A stretch of DNA of 64,000 nt, taken from positions 21,604-85,603 of the forward strand of contig JAFWZZ010000014.1 in assembly GCA_017522185.1 (NCBI GenBank). Reading direction: 5' to 3'. The DNA comes from Bacillota bacterium (GTDB lineage Bacteria > Bacillota > Clostridia > Peptostreptococcales > Anaerovoracaceae). Made by a program: the position numbers and the translations under genes. The notes beneath the pieces are model-generated. The model ran no database searches. It was not told where the DNA came from and was given only the letters and a program-made list of their open reading frames with translations. Every line of letters begins with the position of its first letter. Position 1 is the stretch's first letter. Shown in pieces: positions 1 to 8,672 of the stretch.

Positions 1-2
1 AA

Positions 3-383
3 CTGGCATGGGGACACAAATTGGTTATTTACGATGCCAACGGCCAGGAGGCCGGCATGGTCCATCAGGAAATCCTGACTTTGCTGCCGAAGTTCAACCT
101 GTATGACAGGGGGCAGCATCTGGGGGCCATCAAGCGGGAATTCACCTTCTTCAAACCGGCTTACAACATCGACTTCAACGGCTGGCGTGTAGAAGGCAAC
201 TGGCTGGAGTGGGACTATGCCATCTTTGATGCCGGCGGACGTACCATCGCCAGCATTTCCAAAGATATCTGGCATCTGACCGACCACTATTTCATAGACG
301 TGAAGGACAAAGAAGACGCGCTCCACGCTTTGATGGTGGTACTGGCCATCGACGCCGACAAGTGTTCACAGAATAACGGATAA
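3..383 (+). CDS. LURP-one-related / YxjI (DUF567, tubby-C-like) family protein, 5'-truncated by the window edge
   Basis: The frame is open from base 3 with no start in the window. It carries W(L)EWDY, LTDxYxIDV and ALMVVLAIDA signatures that are shared with the next ORF. The family name is from memory of YxjI/LOR proteins. Confidence 0.6.
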   Translation: MAWGHKLVIYDANGQEAGMVHQEILTLLPKFNLYDRGQHLGAIKREFTFFKPAYNIDFNGWRVEGNWLEWDYAIFDAGGRTIASISKDIWHLTDHYFIDVKDKEDALHALMVVLAIDADKCSQNNG

Positions 384-401
384 CCGTAAGGAGGTACACC
401 T

Positions 402-941
402 ATGAAACTTATCTTAAAAGAAAAAATCCTGTCCATCCTGGACAGCTTCAACGTTTACGACGAGAACGACGATATCTATTTCAAGGTCAAAGGCAAGGTA
501 GCCCTGACTCACAAAACGGCTATTTACGATGCGAAGGGCCGTGAAGTGGGCATGGTCAAAGAGAAGATCATCGACATCCTGCCGACCTTCAGCCTGTACA
601 AAGACGGGGAAAAGGTTGGAGAATGTAAGAAGAAAATTTCCGTCATCAAGCCGAAGTTCGAGGTCGATTTCAACGACTGGGATATCAAAGGCGACTGGCT
701 GGAATGGGATTACTCCATCGTGGACAAAAACGGCAAGGCCGTGGCAGTCATCTCCAAGAAGCTGCTCCGCCTCACCGACACCTACGTCATCGACGTGAAG
801 AAGGAAGAAGATGCCCTGGACGCCCTCATGGTGGTGCTGGCCATCGATGCAGAAAAATGCCGTCGTGAAACCAATGACAACAAGAAGGAAGCTTCCAAGC
901 TGAAGAAAGAAGCAGCCCGCACGAAAGCCGGAAAAAGATAG
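402..941 (+). CDS. LURP-one-related / YxjI family protein (paralog of the upstream ORF) with a Lys-rich C-terminal tail
   Basis: 179 aa. A GGAGG ribosome-binding site (RBS) sits before the ATG. It aligns by eye with ORF 3..383 (FNDWDIKGDWLEWDYSI, LTDTYVIDV, ALMVVLAIDAEKC). Confidence 0.65.
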   Translation: MKLILKEKILSILDSFNVYDENDDIYFKVKGKVALTHKTAIYDAKGREVGMVKEKIIDILPTFSLYKDGEKVGECKKKISVIKPKFEVDFNDWDIKGDWLEWDYSIVDKNGKAVAVISKKLLRLTDTYVIDVKKEEDALDALMVVLAIDAEKCRRETNDNKKEASKLKKEAARTKAGKR

Positions 942-961
942 GTGAAAGACAGGTGAAAAAC

Positions 962-1462
962 ATGGCAAACATCAGGATAGACTTAGGCGACATCACCAAA
1001 CTGCAGGTTGACGCTATCGTCAATGCGGCCAATAAGAGCCTCCTTGGCGGAGGCGGCGTAGACGGCGCCATCCACAGGGCGGCAGGCCGTCAGCTGCTGG
1101 AAGAATGCCGCGGCCTGCACGGCTGCGAAACCGGTCAGGCAAAGATTACGAAAGGCTATAACCTGCCTGCGAAGCACGTGATCCATACCGTAGGCCCGAT
1201 TTACAGCGGTAGCGCAGAGGATCCGGTAAAGCTGGCAGACTGCTACCGCAACTCTCTGGATCTGGCGGCAGAAAACGACGTCCACAGCATCGCATTCCCG
1301 GCTATTTCCACCGGCGTATACGGCTACCCGAAATCGGCGGCCTGCGAAATCGCGGTGAATACCGTGAAAACATGGCTGGAAGAACACAGCGGTTATGAGA
1401 TGCAGGTGATCTTCTCCTGCTTCGATGCCAGAACCGCAGAGCTGTACAGACAGAATCTATAG
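962..1462 (+). CDS. Macro-domain protein (O-acetyl-ADP-ribose deacetylase / YmdB-like)
   Basis: ITKLQVDAIVNAANxxLLGGGGVDGAIHRAAG and AFPAISTGVYGYP are classic macro-domain motifs. I prefer the ATG at 962 (AGGTGA RBS 5 nt upstream) over the GTG at 953. Confidence 0.8.
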   Translation: MANIRIDLGDITKLQVDAIVNAANKSLLGGGGVDGAIHRAAGRQLLEECRGLHGCETGQAKITKGYNLPAKHVIHTVGPIYSGSAEDPVKLADCYRNSLDLAAENDVHSIAFPAISTGVYGYPKSAACEIAVNTVKTWLEEHSGYEMQVIFSCFDARTAELYRQNL

Positions 1463-1527
1463 AGGTAACCGGCATAATACCACCCCCTCACACATACACT
1501 TGTGTAGTGCGAGAGGGGTGTTTTGTT

Positions 1528-2781
1528 TTGTGGAAAAATAGAAAGAAAAAGAAGGCCGTAATGTTGGCTTTTGGCGCGCTTTTGCTGTGTGGTTTTTGTG
1601 GCAGTATCGGTGCCAGTCAGCTCATCAAAGCCCAGCAGCCTGTGGTATTGGAAACGGTTTCTGACGGGCTCAGCACATCGGCAGCGGCCACACCCAGTCC
1701 TGCGGCCAATCTGGATATCCAGGCCAAGGCAGCGGTTTTGATGGATGCCGATACCGGCACCGTTATCTATCAGCAGGACGGCCACAAGGAGCTGCCGCCC
1801 GCATCGGTCACCAAAATCATGACCATGCTGCTGGCCATGGAAGCGGAAGATTCTGGAAAAGTGAAGCTGACCGATCAGGTGACCATCTCGGAGCGGGCAG
1901 CCTCCATGGGCGGCAGCCAGATGTATATGGAGCCGGGGGAAGTTCATACCCTGGAGGAGCTGATGCAGGGGATTGCCATGGTATCTGCCAATGACGCCTG
2001 TGTGGCGGTCAGCGAATACATTGCCGGCAGTGAAGAGGTCTTCGTGGAGAAGATGAACCAGCGGGCCGAAAAACTGGGCATGCGGGATACCCATTTTGTC
2101 AACACCAACGGGCTTCCTGTGGCAGACCACTACACCAGCGCATATGATATAGCATTGATGTCGAAGGCGCTGCTGCAGCATGAGGAGACAAAGCCCTGGT
2201 TCACCACCTGGCAGGCCACCATCAAAGTGGGACTCCCCGGCAAGGAAAAGGAGTTCGGCCTGACCAACACCAACAAGCTGCTGAAACAGTTCCCGGGGGC
2301 CTGCGGTATCAAAACAGGATTCACCCAGGAGGCGGGCTACTGCCTGTCCGCCGCGGCGGAGCGTGACGGGACCACTTTGATCGCTGTCGTTCTCGGCGCA
2401 GAGACGTCCAAATCACGGACGGCGGAGATTTCCAAACTGCTCAACTACGGCTTCGCATCCTATGCCTCCGTTACCCTGGCGGAAAAAGGGGAGAAAATCA
2501 AAGAAGTACAGATCGACAAAGGCGACCCTTACCGTTTCTACGCCGTCACCGCCGAAAAGGCGACGGCCTTTGTGAAAAAAGGCGAGGAAAAATCGGTGAA
2601 AAAGAAGATCATCCTGGAGAAAAACCTGAAACTGCCTCTGAAAAAAGGGGGAAAGGTGGGCCGCATGGACATCTACAGCGGTAAAGAGAAAATCGGTACC
2701 TGCATCCTGGTCAGCGACCGGGCCATCGGAAAAGCTGATTTCTTCACCTACTACATACGGAAGATAAAGAATCTGTTCTGA
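1528..2781 (+). CDS. Serine-type D-Ala-D-Ala carboxypeptidase (PBP5/DacB-like, S11 family)
   Basis: It has the SVTKIMT (SxxK) motif, SANDA (SxN-like) and KTGFT (KTG), plus an N-terminal signal/anchor. The start is uncertain: TTG 1528 has a GAGAGGGG RBS, with GTG 1507 and ATG 1561 as alternatives. Confidence 0.8.
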   Translation: MWKNRKKKKAVMLAFGALLLCGFCGSIGASQLIKAQQPVVLETVSDGLSTSAAATPSPAANLDIQAKAAVLMDADTGTVIYQQDGHKELPPASVTKIMTMLLAMEAEDSGKVKLTDQVTISERAASMGGSQMYMEPGEVHTLEELMQGIAMVSANDACVAVSEYIAGSEEVFVEKMNQRAEKLGMRDTHFVNTNGLPVADHYTSAYDIALMSKALLQHEETKPWFTTWQATIKVGLPGKEKEFGLTNTNKLLKQFPGACGIKTGFTQEAGYCLSAAAERDGTTLIAVVLGAETSKSRTAEISKLLNYGFASYASVTLAEKGEKIKEVQIDKGDPYRFYAVTAEKATAFVKKGEEKSVKKKIILEKNLKLPLKKGGKVGRMDIYSGKEKIGTCILVSDRAIGKADFFTYYIRKIKNLF

Positions 2782-2809
2782 GAAAAAGAAGGGAAACGAG
2801 GGAGAAAAA

Positions 2810-3079
2810 ATGGAAAAAGAGTATCTTCTCAGCTTTTCGTCCTTCTACAAGGCGGCCTATGCCAGAGACGTATTGGATGAACATGGGCTAGGATCCAGTT
2901 TACGCAGGCTGCCGCCGCAGATTGCCCATTCCTGCAGCACCGGTGTCTATCTGAGAATCGACTCCATAGACCGTGTGCAACAAGTGTTGAGGGACCACGG
3001 GATTGTGACCAAAGGATACTACGAAATCCGTCGGGACGGCGGCGCCAAAACCTATGTCCGCCTGCAAAACCGTACTTGA
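2810..3079 (+). CDS. DUF3343-like small protein (putative Se/S carrier-like)
   Basis: 89 aa. The pattern Y(A)xxA..xL...G......P..I..SC..G is as I remember DUF3343. An RBS is present. Confidence 0.5.
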   Translation: MEKEYLLSFSSFYKAAYARDVLDEHGLGSSLRRLPPQIAHSCSTGVYLRIDSIDRVQQVLRDHGIVTKGYYEIRRDGGAKTYVRLQNRT

Positions 3080-3132
3080 CGGATTGGCCGGGGCGGTGTT
3101 AAATGTTTCTAGTAGGATTAGGAGGAGAAACT

Positions 3133-3657
3133 ATGACATTATTAGAAATCATGAAACACCGCCGTAGTGTTCGCAAATATACAGGCGAAAAAATCGACGA
3201 GGACAAGCTGCAGCAGATCCTGGCGGCAGCACTTCTGGCACCATCCGGGCGTGCCGCACGTCCATGGGAATTCGTCGTGGTGAAAGACCGGGAGATGCTG
3301 GACAGGCTTTCAATTTCCAGAGAGCACGGCGCCGAAATGCTGGCTGGCGCAGATTGTGCCGTTGTCGTCTTTGGTGACGAAAACAAGACCGACGTCTGGA
3401 CGGAAGACTGCTGCAACGCCATGGCCCACATGTATCTGATGGCATCTGCCCTGGGAGTAGGATGCTGCTGGATTCAGGGCAGACTGCGCAAGACTGCCGA
3501 CGGCGCGATGACGGAAGATTACATCCGCGGCCTGCTGGACGTGCCTTCCCATTACCGTCTGGAGGCCATCATGTCCCTGGGCATACCGGCTGAACAGCCG
3601 CAGCCTTATGAGCTGGATCAGCTGCCATGGGAAAAGATTCACAAAGAAACGTTTTAG
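3133..3657 (+). CDS. Nitroreductase family protein
   Basis: The N-terminus LLEIMKHRRSVRKYTGEKIDEDKLQQIL..A..APSG...PWEF is a canonical nitroreductase start. The ATG at 3133 is preceded by GGAGGAG. Confidence 0.8.
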   Translation: MTLLEIMKHRRSVRKYTGEKIDEDKLQQILAAALLAPSGRAARPWEFVVVKDREMLDRLSISREHGAEMLAGADCAVVVFGDENKTDVWTEDCCNAMAHMYLMASALGVGCCWIQGRLRKTADGAMTEDYIRGLLDVPSHYRLEAIMSLGIPAEQPQPYELDQLPWEKIHKETF

Positions 3658-3669
3658 TAGGAGATTGGG

Positions 3670-4437
3670 ATGTTAGACGCAGTAAAATTCTTTTTTATTA
3701 ACAAATACTATATCGAGCAGGAGGGACTGGACATCGGTTTCAGCCTTTGGTCTGCGCCCCATCTGATCTGGCTGGCGCTGATGGTGCTTCTGATTGTGCA
3801 CTTCACACGCAGATACTGCCGCAGCGACGAAGCCGGCCGCGACCGTATGCGTAAGTTTATCGCCATCGCCATGCTGGTCATGGAAATCATCAAGGATACC
3901 GTGGTCGCCGCTGTTGGATGGTGGAACCCGGGCTACCTGCCCTTCCATCTTTGCGGCCTGGCCATCTTCGCCGTGCTTGCAGACGCTTTCTGGCGCAAGC
4001 AGAAGCTGACAGGGCAGATGATTCTCTTTGCTTTCATGCCGGGGGCATTGTCCGCGCTGCTCTTTGCCAACTGGACCATGTACCCCTTCTTCGTGTACAT
4101 GTGTATTCACAGTTTTGTGTATCACACGCTGATCGTGGCATACGCAGTGATGATCTTCGCCAGCCGCGAAGTGATGCCGAGCTACCGTGGCCTGTGGAAG
4201 AGTGTGGCTGCCGTAGTCGTTACTGCCGTACCGGTATACTTCCTGAACCTGCTCTTCGCAGAGCACAACCCGAACTTCATGTTTCTCATGGAAGCATCGC
4301 CGGGTTCCCCGCTGGTGCCCCTTTGGAATATCTTCGGACCGGATTTCTATAACCTGTCCATAGTGGGCCTGGTTATCATCGTGTTCCACGTGCTGTATTT
4401 GATTTACAAAGGCATTGGAAAGCTCATGACACGGTAG
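3670..4437 (+). CDS. YwaF / TIGR02206-like polytopic membrane protein
   Basis: 255 aa with about 7 hydrophobic segments. The FSxxHLIWL and LPFHLCG motifs are as I recall for this family. Confidence 0.5.
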   Translation: MLDAVKFFFINKYYIEQEGLDIGFSLWSAPHLIWLALMVLLIVHFTRRYCRSDEAGRDRMRKFIAIAMLVMEIIKDTVVAAVGWWNPGYLPFHLCGLAIFAVLADAFWRKQKLTGQMILFAFMPGALSALLFANWTMYPFFVYMCIHSFVYHTLIVAYAVMIFASREVMPSYRGLWKSVAAVVVTAVPVYFLNLLFAEHNPNFMFLMEASPGSPLVPLWNIFGPDFYNLSIVGLVIIVFHVLYLIYKGIGKLMTR

Positions 4438-4547
4438 TTTCTGCCATTCTATTGCGAACAGTTACTACTAGAGCCTTGTTTTTCTAAAAAGTGTATACGA
4501 TTTTGAATGACCTATTAGGTTTTGTAAACTGCATATGTAAAAAAGGA

Positions 4548-4587
4548 GGAAAGTGTATATTTTTTTCATAAAATATGTACACTTTCC
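4548..4587. repeat. Inverted repeat GGAAAGTGTAtat-N14-atatGTACACTTTCC (dispersed motif, copy cluster A; a third half-site lies at 4486-4500)
   Basis: Read directly from the sequence. The same half-site recurs at 14513-14617 and 20393-20497. Confidence 0.7.
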
Positions 4588-4708
4588 TTTTAAATTCCGT
4601 CGTGTAGTAACGCCGACGCCTATAATAGTGCCGGTACCTGATTTTACATCCATTATAAAATATGCTATACTAATCTACGAACCTACTTTTTTAGAGGAGG
4701 GGGATAAA

Positions 4709-6505
4709 ATGGGAGAAATATTCGAGAACTTTACAATCGACTTCGCTGAAAACGGCGGCATGTACTTTACAGCCATCGCAAGATGGGTGTTCATTTTCCT
4801 TGCCCTGTTTATTCTGCTGCGGTCGATTTTTTCTTTGCTACGAACAAAGAACCCGTCAGAAGTCTGGGGCTACTGGCATTTCCAGACAGGTGGCGGGCTG
4901 ACAGATGCGTCACAGAGTACCATGAGCATTCCGATTACACATTGGGAAAATGTCATCGGCCGTGCCAAGAGCTGTGACCTGGAAATGGACGATGCAGGTA
5001 TCTCCAGAAGTCATGCGACATTGTCCAGAGACCACGAAGGCATCTGGATTCTGACTGACCTGGGATCCAGCAACGGCACCTTTGTCAACGGACACAAGAT
5101 CCGGCCGTGGAGAAAATTCGAGGTAGAGCCTGGCGATGAGATTCAGCTGGGCAGAACCAGATGCGAACTCTTCCCGGTCAGCCTGGAAGAGCACCGCAAC
5201 AACCTGGAAATGCGTAAGATGGACACCTTGCTGCTGGCACCGGCACCGTCTCTCATCGCACTAACCGTTTTCCAGCTGCTGACTTTGATCCAGCTGCATA
5301 TCGCGCTGGGTGAGGCTTTTGTGCCGTCCATTACCATAGCCTTCGGCGGACTCTGTGCTGTCATGTGGGCATACATTCTGACCTTCCGGGCCCTGAAGAG
5401 AAAAGGTTTCGAGATGGAGTTTATCGCCTTTTTCCTCTGCAGCCTCAGCCTGGCGGTCACCGCGTCCAAATATCCTGACGCCGTGCTGAAGCAGTTCATC
5501 GCCATCGTCCTGGGCATCGCGGTGTTCATTTTCATGTGCACCTTTATGAGAAACCTGGACCGTGCAAAGGCAGTCAAGCCGTTCATGTACGCGGCGGCGA
5601 CGGGCCTGCTCCTCTTTAACCTGGTCTTCGCCACCGTCAAATACGGGGCGGCCAACTGGGTGGAAATTGGCGGATTCAGCTTCCAGCCATCAGAGATGGT
5701 GAAGCTGGCCTTCATCTGGGTCGGTGCTGCATCCCTCAACGAATTATTAGAAAAGAAAAATTCCTTAATTTTCATGATATTTTCCGGCTTCTGCTTCTGC
5801 TGTCTGGCAGTCATGGGAGACTTCGGAACGGCCATCATCTTCTTTGTGACCTTCCTGATTATTTCCTTCCTCAGAAGCGGAGACTTTACCAAGCTGATTC
5901 TGATTGTGGGTGTCGCCTTTGTCGGCGGACTCATGGTCCTGAAATTCTATGCATACATCGCAGAACGTTTCTCGGCGTGGGGCCACGTCTGGGAATTCGC
6001 AGACAGCCTGGGCTACCAGCAGACCAGAACCATGTCGGCTGCAGCTAGTGGCGGCCTGGTAGGCGTCGGTGCCGGAGAGGGCTGGCTCAACCAGGTTGCA
6101 GCGGCAGATACGGACCTGGTATTCGGTATGCTCATCGAAGAATGGGGCCTGATCGTGGCAGTGATGGCGGTGCTGTCCGTTATCACGCTGTCCATCTTCG
6201 CATATCGCTCTATCCTGTCGGGACGTTCCGCCTTCTATACCATTGCGGCATGCTCGGCCATGTCCATGTACCTGTTCCAGACAATCCTCAACGTCTTCGG
6301 GTCCGTGGACCTGTTCCCGCTGACCGGGGTGACCTTCCCATTCGTATCCAACGGCGGTACCAGTATGATCGCTTCCTGGGGTCTGCTGGCTTACCTCAAA
6401 GCAGCTGACACCCGTCAGAACGCGAGCATCGCCATCAGCCTGTCGCCAAAGGGCGTCCACCAGATGGGTAAAGACAAGAGAAAAGGAAGGGGGCGCAAGA
6501 AATGA
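4709..6505 (+). CDS. FHA-domain-fused SEDS protein (FtsW/RodA/SpoVE family glycosyltransferase)
   Basis: N-terminal TM segment, then an FHA core (VIGRAKSCDLEMDDAGISRSHATL...LTDLGSSNGTFVNG), then about 9 TM segments with SEDS-like motifs (SFQPSEMVKLAF, GDFGTAIIF, PFVSNGGTSM). The ATG at 4709 has an AGAGGAGGGGG RBS. The track's 4553 start lies inside the palindromic repeat. Confidence 0.85.
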   Translation: MGEIFENFTIDFAENGGMYFTAIARWVFIFLALFILLRSIFSLLRTKNPSEVWGYWHFQTGGGLTDASQSTMSIPITHWENVIGRAKSCDLEMDDAGISRSHATLSRDHEGIWILTDLGSSNGTFVNGHKIRPWRKFEVEPGDEIQLGRTRCELFPVSLEEHRNNLEMRKMDTLLLAPAPSLIALTVFQLLTLIQLHIALGEAFVPSITIAFGGLCAVMWAYILTFRALKRKGFEMEFIAFFLCSLSLAVTASKYPDAVLKQFIAIVLGIAVFIFMCTFMRNLDRAKAVKPFMYAAATGLLLFNLVFATVKYGAANWVEIGGFSFQPSEMVKLAFIWVGAASLNELLEKKNSLIFMIFSGFCFCCLAVMGDFGTAIIFFVTFLIISFLRSGDFTKLILIVGVAFVGGLMVLKFYAYIAERFSAWGHVWEFADSLGYQQTRTMSAAASGGLVGVGAGEGWLNQVAAADTDLVFGMLIEEWGLIVAVMAVLSVITLSIFAYRSILSGRSAFYTIAACSAMSMYLFQTILNVFGSVDLFPLTGVTFPFVSNGGTSMIASWGLLAYLKAADTRQNASIAISLSPKGVHQMGKDKRKGRGRKK

Positions 6506-7839
6506 AGAAATTAGAAAAGCGGGCCATCCTTTGTCTGATGCTGGCAGCAGTATTGTTTCTGGGGGTCGGATTCTTCTGCTACCGTTTTGTGACCCAGGGG
6601 CCTGACTGGGCCATCTTCTACGCCAACCAGCACATCTACGAAGACGGACACCTTGCCAACGGCAACATCTACGACGTAGATGGAGACATTTTGATCAAAA
6701 GCGACGACGGAGACCTGTCATATAACGAAGACGAATACACACGCCGCGCCACAGTACATGCGGTCGGTGACATGGACGGCAACATCGCCACCGGTGCCAT
6801 CAGCGCATTCCGCAGTGAAATCGCCGGCTACAGCCTGCTGACCGGAACCTACAGCCTGGGCGGCAAGGGCAATGACGTGAAACTGACCATCGACGACCAG
6901 GTAAGCAGGGCTGCCTACGATGCCCTGGGCTGGTACGACGGATGCGTTGGCGTATATAACTACGAGACCGGAGAAATCCTCTGCATGGTCAGCTCCCCTG
7001 GTTTTGACCCTGCAAATCCACCGGCAAGTGCCGAGGAAGAAGAATCCGGCATGTACCTGAACAAATTCCTTTCCTCCCGTCTGATTCCGGGATCCATCTT
7101 CAAGCTGGTAACCTCCGCGGCGGCCATCGAGAACTACGAAGGTCTGGACGACTGGTCCTACGAGTGCGACGGGGAAATGGAAATCAATAACGAGGAAATT
7201 ACCTGTACCCACGCCCACGGCAGTGTGGATTTTGAAGAGGCGCTGGCTGTTTCCTGCAACTGCGGCTTCGGCGACCTGACCATCAAAGTCGGTGCAGAAA
7301 CCATGAAAGACTACGTGAAGAAGCTGGGACTGACCAAGTCCTACAACATAGACGGCATTCACAATTTGGAAGGTTCCTACGAGTTTCCGGATGACGCGGC
7401 ACTGAACCTGGCCTGGGCCGGCATCGGTCAGTACAACGACGAGCTGAACCCTTGCTCCATGCTGGTTTACATGGGTGCCATCGCAGGCGGCGGTGAAGCG
7501 GCAAAACCGAAGCTGAAGCACGCGGCCATCGATGTGACGCCGAAGACCGGCCAGCTTATCGAGCCGGAAACAGCTGACAAGCTGACAAAGATGATGAAAA
7601 AAGCCGTGGAAGACACCTACGGCGAATACAACTTCCCGGGCCTGGACATCTACGCAAAATCCGGTACCGCAGAAGTAGAAGGCCGCGAACCCAACGCCTG
7701 GTTCTCCGGCTTCATCAAAAACGACAACGCCCCATACGCCTTCATCGTCTGTGTGGAAAACGGCGGCTACGGCAGCAGCGTGGCCGGCCCGATCGCCAAC
7801 CAGGTGCTGCAGGCAGTAGTGGAGAGAACAGAGGATTAA
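6502..7839 (+). CDS. Class-B penicillin-binding protein (PbpA-like transpeptidase)
   Basis: It has SIFK (SxxK), SCN (SxN) and KSGT (KTG-type) motifs and an N-terminal TM anchor. It overlaps the SEDS gene by 4 nt (ATGA). Confidence 0.85.
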   Translation: MKKLEKRAILCLMLAAVLFLGVGFFCYRFVTQGPDWAIFYANQHIYEDGHLANGNIYDVDGDILIKSDDGDLSYNEDEYTRRATVHAVGDMDGNIATGAISAFRSEIAGYSLLTGTYSLGGKGNDVKLTIDDQVSRAAYDALGWYDGCVGVYNYETGEILCMVSSPGFDPANPPASAEEEESGMYLNKFLSSRLIPGSIFKLVTSAAAIENYEGLDDWSYECDGEMEINNEEITCTHAHGSVDFEEALAVSCNCGFGDLTIKVGAETMKDYVKKLGLTKSYNIDGIHNLEGSYEFPDDAALNLAWAGIGQYNDELNPCSMLVYMGAIAGGGEAAKPKLKHAAIDVTPKTGQLIEPETADKLTKMMKKAVEDTYGEYNFPGLDIYAKSGTAEVEGREPNAWFSGFIKNDNAPYAFIVCVENGGYGSSVAGPIANQVLQAVVERTED

Positions 7840-7841
7840 CT

Positions 7842-8648
7842 ATGAAACTGACCGTTTTAATGGATAACAACACCTATATCGACCAGTATTACCTGGGGGA
7901 ACCGGCCGTCAGCTACTATATAGAAGATGGTGACGCCCGCATCCTGCTGGACTGCGGCTACTCGGATGCTTTTATCAAAAATGCGTCGGCCATGGACATC
8001 GATCTGTCCAGACTGACCCACATCGTTTTCTCCCACGGACACGACGACCACACCCGCGGCCTGCAGTTCCTGCGCGACGCGGTGGAACTGTCGGACGTCG
8101 AAATCATCGCCCATCCCGACTGCTTCTTCCCTCGTGAAGAGGACGGACTGGGATTCGGTGCACCCTATCTGGCGGAAGAGGTGGCTGATTTTGCAAAGCT
8201 GCATCTAAGCAAAGAGCCGGTCTGGCTGACAGAGAGACTGGTTTACCTGGGTCAGATACCAGACGCCTTCGGGTTCGAGAAGCGCCATCCGATCGGTAAG
8301 CGTGGCATTGAAGAGGGCTGGACCGACGACTATTGCTACGATGATACGGCTCTTGCCTATCAAACCGACGAAGGCCTCTTCATCATCACCGGCTGTTCCC
8401 ACAGCGGCATCTGCAATATCATCCATCAGGCGAAGCACATCTGCGGCGAAGACCGTATCGCCGGCGTACTGGGTGGATTTCATCTCTTTGATGTGGATGA
8501 CCGGTTGATGCAGACCATCGACTACCTGCAGAGCTGTAACATCCGCGATTTCTATCCGTGCCACTGCGTCTCCCTGAAGGCGAAGGCGAAAATGATGGAA
8601 AAACTGGACGTATGCGAAGTGGGGGTTGGACTGCAGATTGAGATGTAG
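7842..8648 (+). CDS. MBL-fold metallo-hydrolase
   Basis: It carries an HGHDDH motif (HxHxDH) and later GCSHSG / GGFH motifs. It starts 2 nt after the PBP stop. Confidence 0.75.
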   Translation: MKLTVLMDNNTYIDQYYLGEPAVSYYIEDGDARILLDCGYSDAFIKNASAMDIDLSRLTHIVFSHGHDDHTRGLQFLRDAVELSDVEIIAHPDCFFPREEDGLGFGAPYLAEEVADFAKLHLSKEPVWLTERLVYLGQIPDAFGFEKRHPIGKRGIEEGWTDDYCYDDTALAYQTDEGLFIITGCSHSGICNIIHQAKHICGEDRIAGVLGGFHLFDVDDRLMQTIDYLQSCNIRDFYPCHCVSLKAKAKMMEKLDVCEVGVGLQIEM

Positions 8649-8672
8649 AAATCTGGAAGAGGAGATAAAGAG

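Noticed and set aside
4553-4708. The N-terminal 52 codons of the track ORF 4553..6505 (MYIFFIKYVHFPF...).
   Set aside because: This stretch starts at a GTG inside the GGAAAGTGTATAT palindrome, has no RBS and has an implausible composition. The ATG at 4709 has a strong RBS and gives a sensible TM-FHA start.
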